DNA of 64,000 nt from Armatimonadota bacterium (lineage in GTDB: Bacteria; Armatimonadota; SYMT01), in NCBI GenBank assembly GCA_041690135.1, contig JAWLHY010000017.1:1-64000 (forward strand). The letters run 5' to 3'. The translations under genes were made by a program, and so were the position numbers. This document shows positions 28,532 through 40,496 of the stretch, in pieces. The notes beneath the pieces were generated by a model. The model was given only the letters and a program-made list of their open reading frames with translations, was not told the DNA's origin and did no database searches. Each line of letters begins with the position of its first letter. Positions within the stretch are counted from its first letter, which is position 1.

Positions 28532-29830
28532 ATGAGTTTTTCGAGACGCGCCTTCCTCGGCGCGACCTTTTCTCTGACCGTTGGCGGTGCCGTGACCGCT
28601 GTTGCGCAGAACTCCGGCGCCAAGCCGGGCGATTGGCCGCAGTGGCGCGGCCCACTACGCGATGGGGTGTCGCGCGAGACCGGCCTTCTCAAGCAGTGGC
28701 CGGCCGCGGGGCCCAACCTGGCCTGGAAAGTGGAAGGGCTGGGGTACGGCTACAGTTCTCCTTCGATCGCCGGAGGCCGGGTCTACGGAATGGGCTTGCG
28801 TGACGGGCAGGAGTTCGTCTGGGCGCTCGATGCCGGCACCGGGAAAGTCGTCTGGACGAGTGCGATTTCCCGGCCGCAGAACCCGGATCCGGATAACCGC
28901 GGCGCGGGACCGCGCTGTACGCCGACCATCGACGGCAACCGTGTCTTCGTGGAAGGGGTGAATGGTGACCTGACCTGCCTCGACGCTTCCAATGGGAAGA
29001 TCGTCTGGCAGAAGAGCCTGGTCCGCGATTTTGGCGGCCGGGTGCCGGTATGGGGCTACAGCGAGTCTCCCCTGGTGGATGGCGACCGGGTGATCTTTAC
29101 GCCCGGCGGGCGCACGGCCACGATGGCCGCCGTGAACAAGAACACCGGCGCCACGCTCTGGCAATCCGCCATCCCGGGAGGCGATGGGGCCGAGTACTCC
29201 TCACCGATCGTCGCCGTGCAGGACGGCCAGCGCCAGTACATCCAGTTCCTCAAGGGCGGCATCGTCGGCGTCTCCGCCGCGGATGGCCAGTTCCTCTGGC
29301 GGTTCGAGCATGCGGCCAAAAATGTGGCCAACTGCCCGACCCCCATCTACCACAACGGGCACGTTTTCGCGGCAGCCGGCTACGGTCGCGGCGCTGCCCT
29401 GGGCAAGATCACTAAGAATGGCGATGCCTGGTCGGTCGAGCAGGTCTACCACTCCTCCCGCCTGGCGAACCATCACGGGGGTGTCGTGCTCGTGGGCAAC
29501 CATCTCTACGGCATGCACGACGCCGCCGGCCTGAGCTGTCTGGAGTTCAACACGGGAGAGGTCAAGTGGTCGGAGCGCGGCGTGCCGAAGGGCTCCGTGG
29601 TTTGCGCGGATGGCCACCTGTATGCGCGCAACGAGCGAACCGGGGAAATGACCCTGGTGGAAGTGAACCCTAACAGTTTCGTGCAAAAGGGCCGGTTCAC
29701 CCCGCCGCGGGCGGAAGACCAACCGCCCGCCCGGCCGCAGGGCATGGCCTGGGCGCACCCGGTGGTCGCCGGCGGAAAGCTCTACCTCCGCGACCAGGGC
29801 TCCTTGCTCTGCTATGACGTGAAGGGCTGA
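28532..29830 (+). CDS. PQQ-like (BamB-type) beta-propeller with a Tat signal
   Basis: SRRAFLG; DWPQWRGP; GYSSP; [14 protein letters not shown]. Confidence 0.9.
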   Translation: MSFSRRAFLGATFSLTVGGAVTAVAQNSGAKPGDWPQWRGPLRDGVSRETGLLKQWPAAGPNLAWKVEGLGYGYSSPSIAGGRVYGMGLRDGQEFVWALDAGTGKVVWTSAISRPQNPDPDNRGAGPRCTPTIDGNRVFVEGVNGDLTCLDASNGKIVWQKSLVRDFGGRVPVWGYSESPLVDGDRVIFTPGGRTATMAAVNKNTGATLWQSAIPGGDGAEYSSPIVAVQDGQRQYIQFLKGGIVGVSAADGQFLWRFEHAAKNVANCPTPIYHNGHVFAAAGYGRGAALGKITKNGDAWSVEQVYHSSRLANHHGGVVLVGNHLYGMHDAAGLSCLEFNTGEVKWSERGVPKGSVVCADGHLYARNERTGEMTLVEVNPNSFVQKGRFTPPRAEDQPPARPQGMAWAHPVVAGGKLYLRDQGSLLCYDVKG

Positions 29831-29858
29831 TCGTACCGCAACGATTGGACATACGGCA

Positions 29859-29891
29859 CGAAGGGGAAGGACCAAACGTCCTTCCCCTTCG
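29859..29891 (+). terminator. 14-bp stem hairpin after the PSD1/DUF1501/WD40/PQQ operon
   Basis: CGAAGGGGAAGGAC-CAAAC-GTCCTTCCCCTTCG. Confidence 0.65.
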
Positions 29892-30061
29892 CGGGTCTGC
29901 CGGCATCGAAGAGTACATGCTTGGCTTCTTCTTGATAATCGAGGTTGCTTTTGGCAACGGTCTACTGTTGACGGATGGACGTCTTTCCAGTGTGGGAGAA
30001 TAGGCGCGTGAGGGTCGTTTGTTTCCTGTCATCTATCCACCGTTCCGGCCTTTAATAGCCT

Positions 30062-31429
30062 ATGGAAGTCCATGCCAGGCCAGAGACGGGTAGTCAACCT
30101 GGAGAAAGGCGCCGGCGACGGAGCGTACTTGGATCGCTTTTGGTACTGGCACTGATTTGTGCGGCACTTTGTTTCCTGAGCCTGCAGGAGCCAGTAGGTC
30201 AGGTGAGGCGCCTCCCGGACGGCTCGACGCTTGAGTTACGGGGTTGGACCTTGGCCGGGAACCACACCTTCGTGGATGGGAAGCTTTGGCAGCAGGTGTT
30301 GCTGCGGCTACCGTGGACGCTGCCGCAAGTTGGCGGCTTCCGGGGAACACATCCCAGTTTTGCTGAAGAAAACCATTTTGACGTGCCGCCCTGGAACCGA
30401 AGGGGAGCAATACGGCATCTGGGTAGGTCTCCTGACGACGCACTCGTTCTCTGATTCCGGCTGCGGGGAAGCGACGATAATCTCCACGGTTGCTATCCCG
30501 TCTGGCTTGATGAGCATGGCTGTCGCGTTCGCGTGGTTCGGGAACGGACCAACCCTCTGGTGAAGGTGAGCTCCGAAACTGGTCACTGGCGCCGCTGGAA
30601 ACTAACACCGACTGTCTTCATTCAGTCCGGGGAAAACCCTGCGTCACTGCTCATGACTGAGGCAAGTGGACGTGGGCTCGCTTCCTTTCCTGTTCCCCGC
30701 TTGTCAAGCACTCCCATCACGCGCTTGCCGGAGGGGCAACTGTGTCCAGTCTAACGCGTAAGCGGCAACTCGGTAGCCGTCCTGGACGAATTGGAGTGTA
30801 ATCCCCGGCTGCCCGGCCGGCCGTACGATCATAGCGACGCAATTCTGCGTTACATCGCCAAGAGCGATCCAGGACAGGCCTGGCGCCCTCACAAGGTCAC
30901 GGTAATCGATGCGGTGGGTAACCGGCTTTCCAGCGAGCCAGAGCCGCTCGAGAATGGTCGTTACCGTTTTGCGGCACTGTGCCGTCGTGAACCCGCCTGG
31001 AAACTTGAGGTGCTCTTTGTTCCTTCGGAACCATTACGGATCCCTCCGGATGCGGTGCAGACCTTTCGAGATCTGCGAGTTCCTCAAGCTGGCGAAACCG
31101 TCGAACCGGGCCACATTTGGGGAGTGGGAACGACTCAGCTCCGACTAGATGCATTGGGTGGCGCTTATCCCGGATGTCTGAACCCACCCTGGTGTGGCGT
31201 CATGGGTCCGGCAATTCATCTGTCCGGCCATACTACCTCCGGTTGCCTGGTGACGCTATTGGGTGATAATGACCTTCACGAGCGCTCCGTCTCCCAACTA
31301 GCAGAGCCAGGAAACGTGGATCTCCACTTCGAACTTCCGGCGGCTCCCACCAGCCGCCTGAATCTCACCTTCGAAATTCGCAAAACTCCTCTGGTCGAAT
31401 TCCAGGTGCGTCCTCCAGCGAAGCGATGA
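30062..31429 (+). pseudogene. Single 456-codon frame broken by two nonsense codons (membrane-anchored hypothetical protein)
   Basis: Track ORFs 30062, 30533 and 30791 share one frame; the only internal stops are TGA 30452 and TAA 30752. Confidence 0.75.
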
Positions 31430-31467
31430 AGGCGCGCACGGCCGCCTGTCATTCGAAACCTACCTCT

Positions 31468-34400
31468 TCATGCGCGATCCGTCCGGTCCAGCAGTTCCCG
31501 CACGCGGCGCGTGAGCTCCGCCGGGGTGAACGGCTTCTGGATGAACTCCACTTCTGCGGCCATGATACCGTGTCGAACCACGGCATCGTCGGTGTAGCCC
31601 GACATGTAGAGCACGCGGATGCCGGGTCGCAAGGCTCCCAACCGCTCCGCCAGTTCCCTGCCGCTCATCTGGGGCATTACAATATCGGTCAGCACGAGGT
31701 CCGGGCTTTTGTCACGTTCCTGCAGGATCCGGAGGGCTTCCACGGGATTCGGCGCGTCGAGGACCGTGTAACCGGCACTTCCCAGGATCTCCCGCGTGAG
31801 ACGGCGCACCAGGCGGTCGTCCTCCACGAGCAGGATGGTCTCCGAGCCGGGAACCAGCGCAGGCGGGAGAGCGCGTGCGGAGTTCTCAGCTTCTCCCTCC
31901 GCAAGCGGGAAGTAAATGCGGAACGTGGTTCCCCGACCGGGCTCACTGTTCAGGCGCAAATGCCCACCCCACTGTTTCACGATCCCGTAGACGGTGGATA
32001 GGCCCAACCCCGTACCAGTGCCTGCCGGCTTGGTAGTGAAAAAGGGCTCGAACACCCGCTGTTGGGTAGCGTGATCCATCCCGTGGCCGGTGTCGCTGAC
32101 CGCCAGGAGCGCGTATCGACCCGGAGTCACGCCGGAGTGTGACTCCATTTGCGTGGGATCAACCTCCACCACTTCCGTCTCGATCACCAGGGTTCCGCCA
32201 CGCGGCATAGCATCCCGGGCGTTCACGACCAGGTTCAATAATACCTGCTCGATCTGGCCGGGATCCGCCACCATGGCTACGGGCTCACCCTTGGGTGAAG
32301 TCACCAATTGGACGTCCTCGCCGATCAGGCGCCGCAGCATGCCGCCCATGTTGCTGAGCACGGCCCGCAGGTCGAGCCGTCGAGGGGCGACTACCTGCTT
32401 CCGACTGAAAGCGAGCAATTGACCGGTGAGACTCGCGGCACGCTCGCCTGCCTGTTGGATCTCCCGGAGTTGCAGTTTTGCTGCGCTGTCCAGATCCGGT
32501 CGAGAGAGCAGGAGCTGCGAGTATCCGTTCACCACGGCGAGCATGTTGTTGAAGTCGTGCGCGACCCCGCCCGCCAGACGTCCCACGGCTTCCATCTTCT
32601 GCGATTGGCGGAGCTGTTCTTCCAGTTCACGACCGGCGGTGATGTCGTGGAAAGTAGAAACTACCCCGTATTGCTCGCCATCCACATTCCGCATCGGATG
32701 CGCGCTCACCAGCAGATGGCGCTTTTCGCCGGTGGGCAGTTGGGCCACCACCTCGACATCGCGCAGGGACTGTCCCCGTGTCGCGTAGGTAAGCGGCATA
32801 TCTTCCGGCGCCATGGGCGTCGTGCCGTCGGAATGGAAGATCCGGAAACGGTCTGTCCATTCCGAAAACGGCAGGGGCAATGCGCCGACCCCGTATCGCT
32901 CGCGAGCCGCCCGGTTGCAGTAGGTGAGCGTACCCGAGAGGTCGAAGGCCAGCACTCCCTCGGTGACGTTTTCCAGCACCGCGTCCAGCAGCCCTTGCTG
33001 CTCGCGGAGCGCCAATTCCAGACGCTTACGTTCGGTGATGTCTTCCCCAATACCAATCAGGCGCAGGGGTTGTCCCTCGGGATCCCGGAGTACATGCCCG
33101 CGGGAGGCGACCCACCGCTCTCCCAGGCCGGGTACCATCATTCGGAACTCGATAGCGAGGCCGGTGTTCTCCTGGATCGCACGATCCGAAGCCTGGATGA
33201 GCAGTTCTCGGTCTTCCGGTACAATCGCTTCCATGGACTCCGCAAGCGTTTGCGTCCAAGAATGCGGCTCACCGTCTTCCCGAATCTGGGAGTAGGCGGT
33301 CCAGGTGACCAGCCCATTGTGGAGGTCTCGGTCCCACACCCCCAGGCGAGCTGCAGTCATGGCAAAACGCAGCGTCTCTTCGCTTTCACGTTTGGCCCGC
33401 TCGGCTTGCAGGCGTTCCTCTACCAGACGCGCATGCTCCGCTTCCGCCTGGCACCGCTTGAGAGCACCGGCGCAGTGCTCTACGATCGTCTGGAGGGTCT
33501 TCAGATCCGCTTCGGTATAGCTGCCAGGTTCATAGCTCTGGATGGAGAGCGCGCCGATTTGGGCCTCTCCATCCCAGATCGGCACACAGAGAATGGACGC
33601 AGAGCGCCGGGACTCGTTCCCAAAGGTCGGTGGGTAGGAAGTGACGATTTCCAATTCCTCTGGAGAGCGGTTGATCAGAAAGGGACCCTCCTGAAGGCTC
33701 CGCCAGATCATGCCACCCGGCGTCATCTTGTGAATCCTGGAAGTAACTTCCACCCGCTCACCTGCAATCCGGTCCATCAGCAGTACCGGCTCGATGCGGG
33801 ACTGATCGGGAATACAGAGGTTGAGCCATGCGGCGTCCCATCCCAGTAGCCGATCGGCTGTCTCCAGAATCGCTTGCGCCGCATCTTTAGGAGTGGTGAC
33901 TCGGTTAAGTTGTTGGATGAGGCCGCGGAGTTCGGAGTCCCGGTGGCGAGCTTGTTCTTCACTTTCGGCCTGTTCCCAACGGGCGGCGATCATGTCGCCG
34001 AGCATCCGCAAGGCCCGCGTGTCTTCCGCCTTCCAGGCACGCGTTCCCCGGACGTCATCGAATCCCATGAAGCCCACCAACCGACCATCGGAGAAGAAGA
34101 TGGGAACAACGAGCAGGGAATGGACGGACTGTGCCTCCAGGCACCGCCGCTCGCCGTTGGCGGCATCGGGCAACTTCGACACATCGGGGATCGTGAGGTT
34201 GGCGCCCGCGTGTAACTGTTCCATCCACCAGGGGAAATGGGCCGCTTCCAGTCCCTGAAGTGTCTCAATCGGGCGTTCCGCGCCCCGGTTGCACCACTCG
34301 TGGGTGTTGTCGAGGATGCGTCCATCCTCCCGAATGCGGAAAAGGTAGGCCCGATCCGCGGCGACCGCTTCACCCAGCAGGCGCAGCACCCCGGTCAGGT

Positions 34401-34569
34401 CAGGGGTCGCGGAGTGGACCAGGAGCCGGAAGGCAGCAGCAATTGCCTCCTCCACTGCCAGGCGGTAGCGCAGCCGATCTGTGGAGGCTTCCAGCAGTTG
34501 GTGCAGATACTGGCGCTCAGCCGGCTGATCTTCCGGTTCACAGTTTGGAGTTCGTGTCCTTCGCGTCAC
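31468..34569 (-). CDS. Hybrid sensor histidine kinase (GAF-GAF-PAS-PAS-HisKA-HATPase-REC)
   Basis: GGVAHDFNNML, NLVVNARDAM, DTGHGM, FEPFFTTK, GTGLGL, TDIVMP. Confidence 0.95.
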   Translation of the reverse strand: MTRRTRTPNCEPEDQPAERQYLHQLLEASTDRLRYRLAVEEAIAAAFRLLVHSATPDLTGVLRLLGEAVAADRAYLFRIREDGRILDNTHEWCNRGAERPIETLQGLEAAHFPWWMEQLHAGANLTIPDVSKLPDAANGERRCLEAQSVHSLLVVPIFFSDGRLVGFMGFDDVRGTRAWKAEDTRALRMLGDMIAARWEQAESEEQARHRDSELRGLIQQLNRVTTPKDAAQAILETADRLLGWDAAWLNLCIPDQSRIEPVLLMDRIAGERVEVTSRIHKMTPGGMIWRSLQEGPFLINRSPEELEIVTSYPPTFGNESRRSASILCVPIWDGEAQIGALSIQSYEPGSYTEADLKTLQTIVEHCAGALKRCQAEAEHARLVEERLQAERAKRESEETLRFAMTAARLGVWDRDLHNGLVTWTAYSQIREDGEPHSWTQTLAESMEAIVPEDRELLIQASDRAIQENTGLAIEFRMMVPGLGERWVASRGHVLRDPEGQPLRLIGIGEDITERKRLELALREQQGLLDAVLENVTEGVLAFDLSGTLTYCNRAARERYGVGALPLPFSEWTDRFRIFHSDGTTPMAPEDMPLTYATRGQSLRDVEVVAQLPTGEKRHLLVSAHPMRNVDGEQYGVVSTFHDITAGRELEEQLRQSQKMEAVGRLAGGVAHDFNNMLAVVNGYSQLLLSRPDLDSAAKLQLREIQQAGERAASLTGQLLAFSRKQVVAPRRLDLRAVLSNMGGMLRRLIGEDVQLVTSPKGEPVAMVADPGQIEQVLLNLVVNARDAMPRGGTLVIETEVVEVDPTQMESHSGVTPGRYALLAVSDTGHGMDHATQQRVFEPFFTTKPAGTGTGLGLSTVYGIVKQWGGHLRLNSEPGRGTTFRIYFPLAEGEAENSARALPPALVPGSETILLVEDDRLVRRLTREILGSAGYTVLDAPNPVEALRILQERDKSPDLVLTDIVMPQMSGRELAERLGALRPGIRVLYMSGYTDDAVVRHGIMAAEVEFIQKPFTPAELTRRVRELLDRTDRA

Positions 34570-34857
34570 CCTGTATTCTCCCCCAACACCGCACTCAGGC
34601 GAGGTTGGTTTGTTGTGCCGAATGCATTACTATCGAATCGGGGTGTAATGTTCCGCCGCGGGTAATGCGTTCCGGGTTTCTCATTCGTCGCCCTGGCACC
34701 TTAACTCAACCGCCAATCGCGGACGGGGACGAAAACCCTCAGCGACAGGAACTCGCAGGTCTCGCGTGGAACGGAACAGAAACGCCTTCCGGCAATGCCG
34801 CCGGAACACCAGGGCAAGGATGACCACCGACCGGAAGTTGCAGCGGAGCAGCATCGA

Positions 34858-35676
34858 ATGAAGTTTACGGCGAAGCAGGAGTTCCTGGCAGAGTTGCTCG
34901 GAACGATGGTACTGATCCTGTTCGGGTGCGGCGTGGTCGCCATGGTGACCCTTTTCCCGAGCCAACCCGCGGTTCCGGGAGAGGTGGTCCGGGGCGGCTA
35001 CACCAACGTCACCTTTGCGTGGGGTCTGGCGGTCACGATGGGGATCTATATCTCCGGCACCGTCTCCGGAGCGCATCTCAATCCCGCGGTTACTTTGGCG
35101 CTGGCCGCGACCGGCCGGTTTCCATGGAGTAAGATAGGGCACTACCTGGCCGGACAGTTCCTGGGAGCTTTTGCCGGCGCCGCCCTGGTCTTCGCCGTCT
35201 ATCACGGGCAATGGGTGCAGATCGATCCCGGCCTCGAGCGCACCGCGGGCGTGTTTTCCACGTTCCCGGCAGTCCCCGGCTTCTGGCCCGGCTTTCTCGA
35301 TCAGGTGATTGGGACCGCCCTGCTGATGGGCCTGATCCTGGCGATCGCCGACAAGCTGAACAATCCGCTTGGAGCGCCGTTCGCGCCGGCACTGGTGGGT
35401 CTTCTGGTGGTCGCCATCGGGATGTCATTCGGCGGCATGCACGGCTATGCGATCAACCCGGCCCGCGACCTCGGGCCGCGGCTCTTCAGCGTGGTCGCCG
35501 GTTTCAAGAATAACGGCCTGGTTGGCTCCACCGTTTGGTTAGTGCCGGTCATCGGACCCCTCGTCGGGGCGCTGGTCGGCGCGTGGACCTATGACGCCAC
35601 CATCGGTCGTGCGCTGACCCAGGCTCATGCCACTCAAGGGACCGTGCATGGCATGGATCCCAGCCATCAAGAGTAA
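34858..35676 (+). CDS. glpF: Aquaglyceroporin / glycerol uptake facilitator
   Basis: [10 protein letters not shown] and [11 protein letters not shown]; adjacent to glpK. Confidence 0.93.
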   Translation: MKFTAKQEFLAELLGTMVLILFGCGVVAMVTLFPSQPAVPGEVVRGGYTNVTFAWGLAVTMGIYISGTVSGAHLNPAVTLALAATGRFPWSKIGHYLAGQFLGAFAGAALVFAVYHGQWVQIDPGLERTAGVFSTFPAVPGFWPGFLDQVIGTALLMGLILAIADKLNNPLGAPFAPALVGLLVVAIGMSFGGMHGYAINPARDLGPRLFSVVAGFKNNGLVGSTVWLVPVIGPLVGALVGAWTYDATIGRALTQAHATQGTVHGMDPSHQE

Positions 35677-35687
35677 AGGAGCTCTCG

Positions 35688-37175
35688 ATGTACGTTCTCG
35701 CCCTCGACCAGGGAACCACGTCTTCACGCGCCATCCTGTTCGACCGGGATGGCGCAACGGTAGCGGTCGCGCAGAAGGAGTTCCGTCAGATCTTCCCACA
35801 GCCCGGCTGGGTGGAGCATGACGCCGAAGAGATCTGGAGCACGCAGATCGGCGTGGTCCACGAAGTGCTGGCCCGCGCTGGCGCTCGGGCCGCCGACATC
35901 GCGGCCCTGGGGATCACCAACCAGCGGGAAACGACCGTCATCTGGGACCGCGCTACCGGCCGCCCAATCCATCATGCCATCGTCTGGCAGGACCGCCGTA
36001 CCGCGGGCCTCTGCGACCAACTCCGCGCCGATGGCCTGGTGGAGACCTTCCAGCAGAAGACGGGACTGCTGCTCGACGCCTACTTCTCCGGGACGAAGGT
36101 CCGGTGGCTCCTCGATCACGTGCCCGGCGCCCGGGAGCGAGCCCAACGCGGGGAACTGGCGTTCGGGACTATCGACTCGTGGCTCATGTGGAACCTTACG
36201 GGCGGCGCGCTCCATCTCACCGACGCCACCAACGCCTCCCGTACGCTGTTGTACAACATCCACACCGGAGACTGGGATGAGGAGCTGCTCTCGATCCTCG
36301 ACGTGCCGCGCTCGCTGCTTCCGGAAGTTCGCCCCTCCAGTGAGATCTATGGCGAGACCGCGGCAGGCCTCTTCGGAGACCGGATCCGGCTGGCCGGGAT
36401 CGCGGGCGATCAGCAGGCCGCGCTCTTTGGGCAGGCGTGCCTCGGCTCCGGAATGGCGAAGAACACTTACGGCACCGGCTGCTTCATGCTGTTGAACACC
36501 GGCGAGCGGGCGGTTCCTTCGACTAACCAGCTTCTCACCACTGTCGCCTGGAAGCGGGGAGACCGTACCGACTACGCCCTCGAAGGGAGCATTTTTGTGG
36601 CGGGCGCTGTCGTCCAATGGTTGCGGGACGGCCTCGGCCTCATCCGCACCTCCGCGGAAGTCGAAAGCCTGGCTCAGAGCGTGGAAGACAACGGCGGGGT
36701 CTACCTTGTCCCGGCCTTTGTCGGCCTGGGTGCACCGCATTGGGACAGCTACGCCCGCGGCGCCGTGATGGGGCTCACCCGCGGCTCCACTCGCGGCCAC
36801 CTGGCCCGCGCCGCCCTGGAGAGCATCGCCTACCAGACGGCGGATGTTCTGCACGCCATGGAGCAGGACGCGGGCCTCCGGCTCTCCGAACTGCGCGTGG
36901 ATGGCGGCGCCTCCACCAACAACCTGCTGATGCAGTTCCAGGCCGACGTGCTCGGCGTGCCGGTAGTCCGCCCGAAGACCACGGAGACGACCGCTCTCGG
37001 CGCAGCCTATCTGGCAGGACTGGCCGTTGACTTCTGGAAAGGTACGGACGAGATCACTACCCAGTGGGCCGTGGACCGCCGCTTCGAGCCGCAGATGGAC
37101 CCCGGCCGCCGGGAATCGCTGTTGGCCGGTTGGCGCAAGGCCGTCGAACGCTCCAGGAATTGGGAAGAATCCTGA
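35688..37175 (+). CDS. glpK: Glycerol kinase
   Basis: [43 protein letters not shown]. Confidence 0.97.
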   Translation: MYVLALDQGTTSSRAILFDRDGATVAVAQKEFRQIFPQPGWVEHDAEEIWSTQIGVVHEVLARAGARAADIAALGITNQRETTVIWDRATGRPIHHAIVWQDRRTAGLCDQLRADGLVETFQQKTGLLLDAYFSGTKVRWLLDHVPGARERAQRGELAFGTIDSWLMWNLTGGALHLTDATNASRTLLYNIHTGDWDEELLSILDVPRSLLPEVRPSSEIYGETAAGLFGDRIRLAGIAGDQQAALFGQACLGSGMAKNTYGTGCFMLLNTGERAVPSTNQLLTTVAWKRGDRTDYALEGSIFVAGAVVQWLRDGLGLIRTSAEVESLAQSVEDNGGVYLVPAFVGLGAPHWDSYARGAVMGLTRGSTRGHLARAALESIAYQTADVLHAMEQDAGLRLSELRVDGGASTNNLLMQFQADVLGVPVVRPKTTETTALGAAYLAGLAVDFWKGTDEITTQWAVDRRFEPQMDPGRRESLLAGWRKAVERSRNWEES

Positions 37176-37276
37176 ATGGATAGGGGTAAGGATAAAGAGG
37201 GTTACCTCAAGGACCCCTTGATGTCTCCTTTTTGAGGGCTCCCGCTTGGGACTTCGCATCCTGTAGAAGGCACGCG

Positions 37277-38206
37277 TTGACCAATGAACCGGAAATTCGC
37301 ATCGAGCTGATGGAGGCCGCTACGCTTCGGCGCGTGTGGTGGGTTTCCGGCGCCATCGAGGGAATGCTCGAATGGACGCTCGACCACGCGGGTTGGGGGC
37401 GCGTCTTCGGCACCGAGCAAGCCAGGTTCAATGGCGAAACGGCCTGGAAGGATCTCGCATTCGGTCACGGCCTTGTTTCCTGGTTGGACTTTACGCTGGA
37501 GACGCCAGACGGTCCGTTGCCGGTGCGGATCGAGCGGTATTTACGGAGCCGTCAAGTGGTGGCCTTGCGCGTTTCCGTGGAGGGCATACCGGTCTATGTG
37601 GAAGGGGACCGGGCCTTCCTCTCACCGGACCCTCCGGGTCTCCCCATCCCGGCCGGCCCCCCGACCGTGTCAGCGGCCGAGTTGCCGGTGCCCACCGACG
37701 GTGTATTGGACGCACCCTCCAGCCGCGACTTGCGTCCGCCGTCCCCTTCACTTGCCGACAAGCTGCGTCTGGTTGGTGCATTGGGGGCGCTGGTGCTCGC
37801 TGCCGCACCATTCGTGGGGTTCTATATGGATTGCCAACGAGCCTATGGCGACACCGAGTTGGTTCGCATGGCGGCTATGGGAAATGTTGCCGAGGTGCGA
37901 GCTCGCCTGGAGCGGGGATCTCCAGCCAACGCTTGCCACCTCGAAGGAAGCTCCGCATTCTGGTGGGCGGTGAACGGCGGGAGTCTGGAGACGGTATTGC
38001 TTCTTCTCGAGCACGGTGCAGACGTGAACTCTCGCGGCCAGTTCAACACCGTGATCGAAGAGGCACTGGTCAACATCGATCACAAAGATGGGAGGCCGGG
38101 AAAGGCCATCGCAATGGCACTCCTCGACCGCGCGTCCCAAATCCGGGATCCGAAGCAGCTGGCCATCTTGAGGGAAGCCGTCACCGGCGTGTACTTTTGC
38201 CAGTGA
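37277..38206 (+). CDS. Membrane protein with C-terminal ankyrin repeats
   Basis: One TM helix, then AAMGNVAEVRARLERG and LLLEHGADVN; start uncertain. Confidence 0.7.
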   Translation: MTNEPEIRIELMEAATLRRVWWVSGAIEGMLEWTLDHAGWGRVFGTEQARFNGETAWKDLAFGHGLVSWLDFTLETPDGPLPVRIERYLRSRQVVALRVSVEGIPVYVEGDRAFLSPDPPGLPIPAGPPTVSAAELPVPTDGVLDAPSSRDLRPPSPSLADKLRLVGALGALVLAAAPFVGFYMDCQRAYGDTELVRMAAMGNVAEVRARLERGSPANACHLEGSSAFWWAVNGGSLETVLLLLEHGADVNSRGQFNTVIEEALVNIDHKDGRPGKAIAMALLDRASQIRDPKQLAILREAVTGVYFCQ

Positions 38207-38446
38207 CCGTCTGCACAACGAACCTCTGTACGAAACCAAAAGCGAGTCCGGCACCAGGGAGCAGTTCCCGGCGTGCATCATGGACTGCTGCCCCATCGCT
38301 TGGGCCGAGGCGCTTCATGGTTGGTCGACGGGTGCGTCGCCGCGATTTGGGGAAGGCACTGCGACCATTCCCCTACATCCTTCCCGCTGCCCGATGCCGG
38401 GTGGACGGGCGCGAGCCAAATCGGTCACCTGATTCCGCGGTGCTGG

Positions 38447-38965
38447 CTAACGCGAAATGCTGATTTGCCCGTACATCAGGCCGCATACGAAAAAGGCGGT
38501 GTTGGAGATGACGAACTGAAGTGCTAGGGAAACCAGCGCGGCGAAGAGCCCGGGCACCAGGAGCTTGCCTCGCGGCATGCGGGTCATGCGGAACTCGCGC
38601 CACCGGGCGTGCTGGCTTGCGGCGATGGCGGCGACGAGGACCACGGAGGCGATCTTGCCCGCCAAGAATAGCGCGCGGTGAGCGCCGGCGTCCTGCGGAT
38701 CAATCAGGCCGCTGGCGCTCACCCAGTGGATCCCGAAAGCCAGAACCACCGCGGCGAAGAGCACTCCCAGCAGCGTCCAGCCGGTGCGGCCGCGCAGCCC
38801 GAGGTAGCGATAGTTGAAGGCCAGCAGCCCGCCTCCACCGAGGACGCCGAAGAGCAGAGTGAAGGCGACGAGGGTCCAGGGGTTCCAGGGCCGGTCGAAG
38901 GAAGGGACATCCGCCGGCGCGGAGCGGGCCGGGGTTAACAGTGATTCGTCGGCGGAGAGGCTCAT
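38447..38965 (-). CDS. Multi-pass membrane hypothetical protein
   Basis: About 4 hydrophobic segments; starts 3 nt after the DUF1501 stop. Confidence 0.65.
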   Translation of the reverse strand: MSLSADESLLTPARSAPADVPSFDRPWNPWTLVAFTLLFGVLGGGGLLAFNYRYLGLRGRTGWTLLGVLFAAVVLAFGIHWVSASGLIDPQDAGAHRALFLAGKIASVVLVAAIAASQHARWREFRMTRMPRGKLLVPGLFAALVSLALQFVISNTAFFVCGLMYGQISISR

Positions 38966-38968
38966 GGT

Positions 38969-40465
38969 CTATGCGATGATTTCCTGGATGGGGTGGCCGT
39001 GGTCCATCTCCAGCCGCTTGCGCCCGGGGATTTCCAACCGGCGCGAATCGAGTCCCAGTTGGTGCAGCACGGTGGCATGGATATCCGTAACGTAGTGTCG
39101 GTTCTCCACCGCGTGGAAGCCCAACTCATCGGTCGCCCCGTGTGTGATGCCGCCTTTGACGCCGCCGCCCGCCAGCCAGGCACAGAAGCCCTGAGGGTGA
39201 TGGTCGCGACCGGTGCCTTCGGCTCCTGGTGTGCGGCCGAACTCGGTGCCCCACACCACCAGGGTGTCCTTCAGCATACCCCGGCGTTTGAGGTCCTTCA
39301 AGAGCCCGGCGATGGGAAGGTCCACCTGTTCCGCCAGCCGCGTGTGGTTGGCCTTGATGCCGGAGTGCGCGTCCCACGCGCCGCCGCCTCCGCCGCCGTG
39401 GAATAGCTGGACGAAGCGCACGCCCCGCTCAACCAGCCGCCGCGCCACCAGGCACTGCTCCCCGAAGCTGCGAGTGGTGGGGTTCTCCAGGCCGTAAAGC
39501 TGTTTCGTCTCTTTTGACTCGCGATCCAGGTCCACGGTCTCGGGCACCGCCCGCTGCATCATGAACGCCAACTCGTACGCCTTGATGCGGGCGCGCAGTT
39601 GAGCATCGTCCGGGTAGTCGATCCCCGAAAGGCGGTTGAGACGCCCCAGCAGACTGAACGCCTCCGCCTGCTCGTCCTCGGCCACGCTGTTGGCATGGGG
39701 ACTGATGAAGGGGAGCGGGTTCTTGGGGTCGGTATTCAGCCGGACCCCTGCGTATTCGGGGCCGAGGTAGCCGGAGCCGAAGGTCCACGTCCCCCCGCAG
39801 CAGTCACCGGTCGGCTGACCCAGCACCACGTATTCCGGCAGGTTCTCATTTAGGGTTCCCAGCCCGTAACTCACCCACGACCCCAGGGTGGGCACCCCGC
39901 CCTCACGGGGATGGCGGCCGGTCTGCCAGGTGAGCTGCGCGCCATGGTCATTGTGGATGGTCCAGAGCGAGCGCACCACCGCCAAGTCATCCGCGCATTC
40001 CCCTACGTGGCGGAACCAGTCGCCGACCACCAGGCCGCATTGTCCATAGGGCTTGTAGCCGGTTTGCAACGGCATGAGAGTCTTGCGGTCGCCGTGCCGT
40101 GGGTTCGCGCCGATCAGGATACCATCCACTCGCTTCGGGTCCAGCACGTCCTTATAGGGCGTCTCCTCGATCGACTTGCCCGCGTACTTGTTGAGCTCCG
40201 GCTTGACGTCGAACGACTCCAGGTGGCTCACCCCGCCGCACAGGAAGATCCAGATAACGGACTTTGCCCGTGGAGTGGAGTGGGGCGAGGGACCCTTTGC
40301 GAAGGGTGAAGTGCGAGGTGCGAGGGACGAAGTGTCGGTACCTGCATCCGCGCGCGCGACCCCATCACGGAATAGCATGGAACCGAGCACCAGGCCCGTG
40401 AAGCCCATGCCCGTATCGGCCAGGAAAGAGCGTCGTGTCACGCCCGGACAACGCAATTCCGCCAT
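38969..40465 (-). CDS. DUF1501 family protein
   Basis: TRRSFL, AKSVIWIFLCGGVSHLESFD, WDAH, TEFGRTP, GRDHHP; AGGAGAGG RBS. Confidence 0.92.
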   Translation of the reverse strand: MAELRCPGVTRRSFLADTGMGFTGLVLGSMLFRDGVARADAGTDTSSLAPRTSPFAKGPSPHSTPRAKSVIWIFLCGGVSHLESFDVKPELNKYAGKSIEETPYKDVLDPKRVDGILIGANPRHGDRKTLMPLQTGYKPYGQCGLVVGDWFRHVGECADDLAVVRSLWTIHNDHGAQLTWQTGRHPREGGVPTLGSWVSYGLGTLNENLPEYVVLGQPTGDCCGGTWTFGSGYLGPEYAGVRLNTDPKNPLPFISPHANSVAEDEQAEAFSLLGRLNRLSGIDYPDDAQLRARIKAYELAFMMQRAVPETVDLDRESKETKQLYGLENPTTRSFGEQCLVARRLVERGVRFVQLFHGGGGGGAWDAHSGIKANHTRLAEQVDLPIAGLLKDLKRRGMLKDTLVVWGTEFGRTPGAEGTGRDHHPQGFCAWLAGGGVKGGITHGATDELGFHAVENRHYVTDIHATVLHQLGLDSRRLEIPGRKRLEMDHGHPIQEIIA

Positions 40466-40496
40466 GTCGTGCACCTCTCCTACGTCGCTGTCCTGT

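Noticed and set aside
30452-30454. Selenocysteine or alternative-code readthrough of TGA
   Set aside because: The same frame also has a TAA stop, the context suggests Trp, and TGA terminates many normal genes here.
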